The position numbers and the translations under genes were made by a program. The notes under the pieces were generated by a model. That model searched no databases. It had not been told where the DNA came from and saw only the letters and a program-made list of their open reading frames with translations. 64,000 nucleotides of DNA from an uncultured Spirochaetota bacterium (GTDB taxonomy: Bacteria > Spirochaetota > UBA4802 > UBA5550): assembly GCA_963732395.1 (NCBI GenBank), contig CAVSZF010000007.1:761571-825570 (forward strand), written 5' to 3'. Positions 58,785 through 64,000 of the stretch are shown here, piece by piece (positions within the stretch are counted from its first letter, which is position 1; each line of letters opens with the position of its first letter).

Positions 58785-59306
58785 ATGGACAGGGCAATGA
58801 GAAGGACCGCCCTTGTCGATTCATCATCCGCCATAATTCTTTTCAAAGCGGGTCTCTTCGAATATACGGCGGAGTATTTCCGCATCGTAATCCCCGCCTC
58901 GGTTTTCGAAGAGCTGACAGTCGGGGGGCGCTCGGGGTCGGAGGAATTCGCGCGATACCGTGCGGACGGGAGCATCCAGGTCAGGGATACGGACCCGTTA
59001 TTGACGGTCGAAGGGGATATGGGCGGTCTTGACACAGGGGAGCGGGATACCATCCTCCTTTACGAAGCGGGATCGGGGGAAGTGATACTTCTCGACGACG
59101 GGAAGGGGGCCGCCATCTGCAGGCGCCGCCGCATACCCCATATCAACGCCCTGCTTGTTCCCAGGATATTTCGCCGGGCCGGCACTATCAACGTAGAGGA
59201 ATGCGAGCGACAGATGGCCACCATTATGATCCATGGCAGGTATTCCGATTGGGTGGTCGACTACGCCCGATCATGCCCGGATGACGACCTCGCGGATTTT
59301 GCGTGA
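58785..59306 (+). CDS. PIN-like nuclease-fold protein, DUF3368/COG2405 family
   Basis: N-terminal ALVDSSSAIILFKAG and central GERDTILLYEAGSGEVILLDDGKGAAICRRRRIPHINAL match the DUF3368 pattern (D...GE...LLDD). Starts 2 nt after the CHAT stop. Confidence 0.65.
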   Translation: MDRAMRRTALVDSSSAIILFKAGLFEYTAEYFRIVIPASVFEELTVGGRSGSEEFARYRADGSIQVRDTDPLLTVEGDMGGLDTGERDTILLYEAGSGEVILLDDGKGAAICRRRRIPHINALLVPRIFRRAGTINVEECERQMATIMIHGRYSDWVVDYARSCPDDDLADFA

Positions 59307-59327
59307 GGGAATGATCGGGGAAGGGTG

Positions 59328-61625
59328 TTATACGGCCTGAATGATCTCCGGGTGGATCTCACCAATCGACGCGCAGCCTGTCAGGATCATGGCCGTCTCA
59401 ATCTCTTTTTTTAAGTGATTCAGGTAGAAGGAAACACCCTCGGCGCCCATGCCGACCGCGGCGATGGCAATGGGCCTACCGATCAATACGGCGTGCGCTC
59501 CGAAGGCCAACGCTTTCAGAATGTCCACACCCTCACGAAATCCGCCATCGACAAGAATTATCAGGTCGTCCTTCACTTCTCTCGCGATCTCTCCGAGTAC
59601 GTCCATTGATCCCATCATTTCATCGAGGACCCGACCGCCGTGGTTTGAAACGATGATGCCCCTTGCCCCGAGACGTGCGGCTGCCTCTGCATCATGGACG
59701 TTCATGATACCTTTTAGAAAGAAGGGGAGGGAAGTCGATGAAATGATGTCCCTGAGATCGGAAAAGCTCTTCGGTCCTACCGATTGATTCTTCATCGCCA
59801 TGGTCTTGAATACCACGGCGTCGATGTCCATGCCGACGGCGAGAGCACCCGCTTCCTCGGCCGCCCTGACGCGGGTGATTATTTCATCATTGTCACTGCG
59901 GGGCTTGAAGATGGGAATGCCCCTGCCCCCGAATTCAGAGATCGCACGAAGGCCGATCCTGTACTTGTCGGGAGTAGCCCCGTCCCCCACAAGGGCCAGG
60001 GTCCCGGCCCGGGAGCAGCCGCCGACAACCGCACGGTTGTAATCGAGTTCGTCGATGGCGCCGCCCATGTTTGTTACGGTTCCCGTGATAGGCGCGGCCA
60101 GAACCGGGAGGGCCAGATTGATATCGAGGAGCGTCGAGGATGTATCGGGTCTGGTGACTTCATGGATGAGGCGTGTCCGAATTTTATATTGCTTGAGGGA
60201 TGCAATATTGCGGCGGAATGACTCGCCGGTACCGGCACCACCCATGCCGGGCACTCCCGTGGGGCAGTCACGACCGTCGCAGTTCTTGCACACATAACAG
60301 ATTTTTTTGAATTTCTCCTTGGCAGAGAAATTGATGGTTTCCAGGGATATCTCCGATTCCTCGATCATGTCGAATTCAAGAATACGACGGCATTCCTCAA
60401 CATGTGCCACCGCCTCATCGAGGGTTTGACCCACGGCAATGATATGACCGGCTTTCTCGACGTTGGAGCGGGGGAGGGAAACTCTGTCTCCCTGCCTGAC
60501 GTTGAGAAAAATTTCCTCTATGCCGGGGACCTTCAGCGCCTCCTCGAGACCGGTGATTTTTCTCACGATGCCGGGTCTTGTGATGATCGCGCGCTCGATG
60601 GCGACACGTTTCATGACCGGCTCAAGATTTCCGGGTTCCTGTCCGAGTGCGACCTCAATGGCCGCCTTCATCAGGTCAACCCCTGTGGAAAGCGGGTACG
60701 TGTAGGCCGACATGAAACCGCCGGAAAGTCGGGCCGCTATTTCGCCTACCATGGGGCCCTTTTCGGTTATCTTGATGTCCCCCTTCGCGGCTCCGATATC
60801 AATTCCGAGGGCCCGAATGCCCTGTTTCATCACCTCGCATGCCGCGGCCTGCACCTCGCGCGGCAGTGCGGAGGGCATGTCGTGCCCCGTTTCAATGAAG
60901 TAGGGGGGATATTCGATAATCCGGTCCGCGATTCCTGTGATGGTAATTTCATTCTGGTATATGATGGCATCGATGGACAGCTCCGCGCCCTCCATGTATT
61001 CTTCCATGATCAGCTCGCCGCTGGGAGAGGCATTTTTGGCGAACTTGAATGCGTCAGGGAGCTGGTTCAGATTATCGACACGCATGACGCCCCGAGCCCC
61101 CATGTTGTCCGATGGCTTGATGACTATGGGAAACTTTAAAATTTTTCCCGCTTTTTTTGCATCGGAAAGCGACCAAACGGGAAGAAAAAGGGGCGATGGT
61201 ACGCCATGCTCTTTCATACGCATTCTCATCTTGATCTTGTTGGTGGCGGCCTCGGCGTCGTCGAACTTTATGCCCGGGAGGTCGAGGGTGTTGGCCACGG
61301 CGGCGACCGCCATGGAGGCGTCGGTCCCGACGGTGAGAACTGCGCTAATGGGTGTAATCTCGTTCTGTTGCCGGGCAGCGCGTACGGAACCCTCAATGTC
61401 GCGGGTACTCATGATGATGGGAATATCGGCGTCCCTGATGCCTAGCACATCCGGGTTATAGTCGCTCACTATGACCTGGTACCCCATCTTTTTCGCAGTG
61501 AGGATCGCGGGAAGCTGGAGAAGCCCGCCGCCGATTATCATGATTGTCTTTTTCAATTCCGGCTCCTCGTCAGGGCGGCCCGACGGCGCGGTGCCTGGGG
61601 GTTGGTGTGCTGCCGTAAAGATCAT
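59328..61625 (-). CDS. Fusion protein: ATP-grasp ligase domain + Cx2Cx2Cx4C linker + FMN-dependent alpha-hydroxy-acid dehydrogenase/oxidase-like TIM barrel
   Basis: N-terminal ATP-grasp (KKMGYQVIVSDYNPD, FPIVIKPSDNMGARG, EEYMEGAELSIDAI). Cys cluster CYVCKNCDGRDC at 60264-60299. C-terminal FMN_dh motifs (IVSNHGGRVLD, ILVDGGFREGVDILKALAFGAHAVLIGRP). An alternative start at 61541 (MIIGGG) is possible. Confidence 0.8.
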   Translation of the reverse strand: MIFTAAHQPPGTAPSGRPDEEPELKKTIMIIGGGLLQLPAILTAKKMGYQVIVSDYNPDVLGIRDADIPIIMSTRDIEGSVRAARQQNEITPISAVLTVGTDASMAVAAVANTLDLPGIKFDDAEAATNKIKMRMRMKEHGVPSPLFLPVWSLSDAKKAGKILKFPIVIKPSDNMGARGVMRVDNLNQLPDAFKFAKNASPSGELIMEEYMEGAELSIDAIIYQNEITITGIADRIIEYPPYFIETGHDMPSALPREVQAAACEVMKQGIRALGIDIGAAKGDIKITEKGPMVGEIAARLSGGFMSAYTYPLSTGVDLMKAAIEVALGQEPGNLEPVMKRVAIERAIITRPGIVRKITGLEEALKVPGIEEIFLNVRQGDRVSLPRSNVEKAGHIIAVGQTLDEAVAHVEECRRILEFDMIEESEISLETINFSAKEKFKKICYVCKNCDGRDCPTGVPGMGGAGTGESFRRNIASLKQYKIRTRLIHEVTRPDTSSTLLDINLALPVLAAPITGTVTNMGGAIDELDYNRAVVGGCSRAGTLALVGDGATPDKYRIGLRAISEFGGRGIPIFKPRSDNDEIITRVRAAEEAGALAVGMDIDAVVFKTMAMKNQSVGPKSFSDLRDIISSTSLPFFLKGIMNVHDAEAAARLGARGIIVSNHGGRVLDEMMGSMDVLGEIAREVKDDLIILVDGGFREGVDILKALAFGAHAVLIGRPIAIAAVGMGAEGVSFYLNHLKKEIETAMILTGCASIGEIHPEIIQAV

Positions 61626-61787
61626 ATGATCTTTTTTTATGTCGCATTCTATACCCCTGGTTTGATCACGTCAATAATTAATTATGGACGGACATGAAGC
61701 GAATGAAAATGTCTTGAAAAACCTGATCGGCACCACTACTGTGCCAGAGGGCGGGCGCATCACGTCGCGACGCTTCTCGGAGGAAGA

Positions 61788-62738
61788 ATGGACCGATCCC
61801 TTACTATCGAAGCAGTCCGTCTGACAGAGGCCGCGGCCCTCTATGCAAGCCGGCATATGGGAAAAGGCGATGAAGAGATATCGTACCTTTCTGCGGCGGA
61901 GGCGATGGACAGGGTCCTTTCGGCGATGGATGTGGATGTGGAAGTTGTGATCGGGGCCGAGAGCAGGGACATGCCGCTCCACGACGGGGTGAGAATCGGA
62001 AACAGGAGCGGAGGGGCGGTCGATCTTGCGGTGAAACCCCTGGACGGGAAAATGACCTGCGCACGTGGCGGTCACAATGCGGTCTCCGCAATCGCGGTGG
62101 GAAGCAGGGGAACCTTCCTGGTGACCCCGTCGCTCCATATGGAAAAAATCGCGGTGGGTCCCGAGGTGAAGGGGGTGGTTGACATCAACCAGACGCCCGG
62201 GATCAATATAAAACGGGTGGCGCGGGCGAAGGGTAAATATATCGAGGATATCACTGTCTGTGTCCTCGACCGGGCGCGCAACGAGGGGCTCGTAAAGGAA
62301 ATAAGGAAAACCGGGGCCAAGATACAGTTTATCCAGGACGGGGATATAACAGGGGCCATCTCCACGGCTTTTCAGGAAAGTTCCATCGATATCCTGATGG
62401 GGATCGGAGGCGCCAAGGAGGCCGTTATTGCGGCAGCGGCGCTCAAGTGCATGGACGGGGATATGCAGGCCCGCTTCGTGGATATAAGCGGGAGGGAAAA
62501 GGAGCGGGTCCGGGACCTGGCGGCCGGGGACCCGGGAAAAATATTCACCATAGGCGATATGGTGCGGGGCGATGACGTGATCGTATCCCTCACGGGCGTC
62601 ACTGACGGCGTGCTCCTCCCCGGCGTGCAGTATGTGCCGGGCGGGGCCAAGACCAGTTCGCTGCTTTTAAGGCAGAAGACGCATACGGTCAGGCATATCA
62701 CTGCGGTACACCGGTTTGATTTCAAACCGATATTCTAA
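61788..62738 (+). CDS. glpX: Fructose-1,6-bisphosphatase class II (GlpX)
   Basis: 316 aa. N-terminal VRLTEAAALYASRHMGKGD block, metal-binding D/E residues and DGD...LKC C-terminal block typical of GlpX. Confidence 0.85.
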   Translation: MDRSLTIEAVRLTEAAALYASRHMGKGDEEISYLSAAEAMDRVLSAMDVDVEVVIGAESRDMPLHDGVRIGNRSGGAVDLAVKPLDGKMTCARGGHNAVSAIAVGSRGTFLVTPSLHMEKIAVGPEVKGVVDINQTPGINIKRVARAKGKYIEDITVCVLDRARNEGLVKEIRKTGAKIQFIQDGDITGAISTAFQESSIDILMGIGGAKEAVIAAAALKCMDGDMQARFVDISGREKERVRDLAAGDPGKIFTIGDMVRGDDVIVSLTGVTDGVLLPGVQYVPGGAKTSSLLLRQKTHTVRHITAVHRFDFKPIF

Positions 62739-62915
62739 CCAATCGAGCGTAATTACCCGCCGTCTTTCGGCCGCCTTCCGGGTACGGAAACGGCATGAGA
62801 CCTGCGACGATCCTGGAGGGTACCCATCTCACACGAAGTAGACATATCGGTTCTCAGGGCCATCAATGAAAAAATAAATTCCCGGCTGCCCCTGGCGGAC
62901 CTGCTGAAGGCAATC

Positions 62916-64000
62916 ATGGACACGGCAAGGGATCTCCTCGAGTCTGAGGGGTGCTCCCTTCTTCTGCATGATTCTCCCACGGGAGATCTTGTTTTTGACG
63001 TGGTAATCGGAGAGAAGGGAGACATCATCAGGGGCGAACGGGTTCCGCGCGGCAGGGGGATCGCGGGCATGGTGGCCGAGACGTGCGAACACGCCGTTAT
63101 AGACGACGCGCAACAGGACCGGCGTTGGTACGGGAACATCGACAAAAAATATGAGTTTCATACAAGGAATATCCTCTGCGTCCCCATGATAGTACAGGAC
63201 GAACTGGTAGGGGTTCTCGAGATCGTAAACTCGATCGGGAGAGAGCGATACGGCGACGGGGACATCGAGCAGGCGAAATACCTTGCGGGCCAGGCCGCCG
63301 TGGCTATCAACACAAGGAGGCTTCATGATGATCTCACGAACCGGATAGTTGAGATCACCGCGCTCTATGAAGTGGCGCAGTCGATATCCCTGGCGAATCC
63401 CGACGAAAACGTCATCGATGCAATATGCAGGTCCCTGGCAGGTTCGATCAGGGTGCGGAAGGCGTCCATACTCCTCTTCGACGAGGAAAAAAATCGGCTT
63501 CGCATTGAATCCACATGCGGGCTTCCCGAGACGATCCAGGAGGGAGGCGAAGTATCCATAACGGGAAGCATCGCAGGGCACGTTTTCAGGACTGGCGACC
63601 CCCTCATCGTGACCGATATCCGGAAGGAAATACCGGTTGAGCTCAGAGACGGTTATCGGCACTACCTTACCGATTCCTTTCTTTCGGTGCCGATCAGACT
63701 CAAGAACAAAACGGTGGGAGTGATATGCTGTGCTGATAAAATATCCGGCAGAGGATTCGATTCGTACGACCTGAGGATCGTTACGACCGTGAGCAGCCAG
63801 GTTTCGCAGGCGTATGGCAATATGATGGAACAGCGCGAGCAGGAACAGCGCCGGAGGCTCTCACACGAGATCGACGTGGCGGCCGAGATTCAGAGAAAAA
63901 TACTCCACGGCGTCCCGCACGCCGTAGGGCGTCACAGGCTGGCGACATTTAACAAGCCCGCGAAGGTCGTGGGGGGGGATTTTTACGATTATTACCGGAT
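62916..64000 (+). CDS. GAF-domain(s) + PP2C/SpoIIE-type phosphatase (partial, runs off 3' end)
   Basis: Found by manual translation. It is absent from the track because it has no in-window stop. Two GAF-like regions. Then EIDVAAEIQRKILHGVPH...GGDFYDYY matches the PP2C/SpoIIE N-terminal block. The frame is open from 62799, so the start may lie upstream of ATG 62916 at a non-ATG codon. Confidence 0.75.
   Translation, partial: MDTARDLLESEGCSLLLHDSPTGDLVFDVVIGEKGDIIRGERVPRGRGIAGMVAETCEHAVIDDAQQDRRWYGNIDKKYEFHTRNILCVPMIVQDELVGVLEIVNSIGRERYGDGDIEQAKYLAGQAAVAINTRRLHDDLTNRIVEITALYEVAQSISLANPDENVIDAICRSLAGSIRVRKASILLFDEEKNRLRIESTCGLPETIQEGGEVSITGSIAGHVFRTGDPLIVTDIRKEIPVELRDGYRHYLTDSFLSVPIRLKNKTVGVICCADKISGRGFDSYDLRIVTTVSSQVSQAYGNMMEQREQEQRRRLSHEIDVAAEIQRKILHGVPHAVGRHRLATFNKPAKVVGGDFYDYYR

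Noticed and set aside
62829-63662. 277-aa minus-strand ORF in the six-frame track
   Set aside because: It lies antisense to a plus-strand frame that translates into recognisable GAF and PP2C/SpoIIE blocks. The minus ORF has no motifs and odd composition, so I treated it as a shadow ORF.
1-64000. Search for CRISPR arrays, IS elements, integrases, phage genes, rRNA/tRNA
   Set aside because: There are no regularly spaced direct repeats and no transposase or integrase-like ORFs (no DDE/tyrosine recombinase motifs seen). There are no long terminal inverted repeats and no rRNA-like conserved stretches. The window appears to be stable chromosomal backbone plus lineage-specific accessory genes, not a mobile element.

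Overview
This is a ~57% GC bacterial chromosomal segment that reads like a diderm (Gram-negative-type) genome. Nearly all of it is protein-coding, on both strands. I found no rRNA, tRNA, CRISPR array, integrase or transposase. Housekeeping blocks are recognisable from motifs: yidC-jag(khpB)-mnmE at the 5' end, nadK-recN, a complete System I cytochrome c maturation cluster ccmABC(D)EF, rplM-rpsI followed by recX-alaS, radA, ychF, lexA, glpX, an MlaD/MCE protein, an HtrA-family protease, a sodium:solute symporter and an MOFRL glycerate kinase. Between these lie accessory and signalling genes. A TrpR-like yerC/yecD gene sits in an apparent operon with a stand-alone trpB2 and is preceded by two abutting 18-bp palindromes. 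A STAS anti-sigma-antagonist is followed by a 927-aa histidine kinase-receiver-PP2C hybrid, with a convergent 7TM histidine kinase, and a partial GAF-PP2C gene lies at the 3' edge. Orphan Hpt and CheX-like proteins are present. An envelope operon runs amidase, HtrA, a small secreted protein, and a 1200-aa DUF3857/transglutaminase-like protein. The candidates I rate most interesting are three. First, directly downstream of lexA and under its own sigma70-like promoter, a TPR-CHAT lipoprotein whose caspase-like His/Cys dyad looks substituted is translationally coupled to a PIN-like DUF3368 protein with no visible antitoxin. Second, a 765-aa fusion of an ATP-grasp ligase, a Cx2Cx2Cx4C linker and an FMN-dependent alpha-hydroxy-acid oxidase-like TIM barrel. 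Third, a 33-codon, strongly basic ORF with a perfect AGGAGG Shine-Dalgarno that the six-frame track omitted. All functional calls rest on motif recognition by eye and no database search was run. Start codons were re-chosen in several ORFs using ribosome-binding sites, signal peptides and overlaps.
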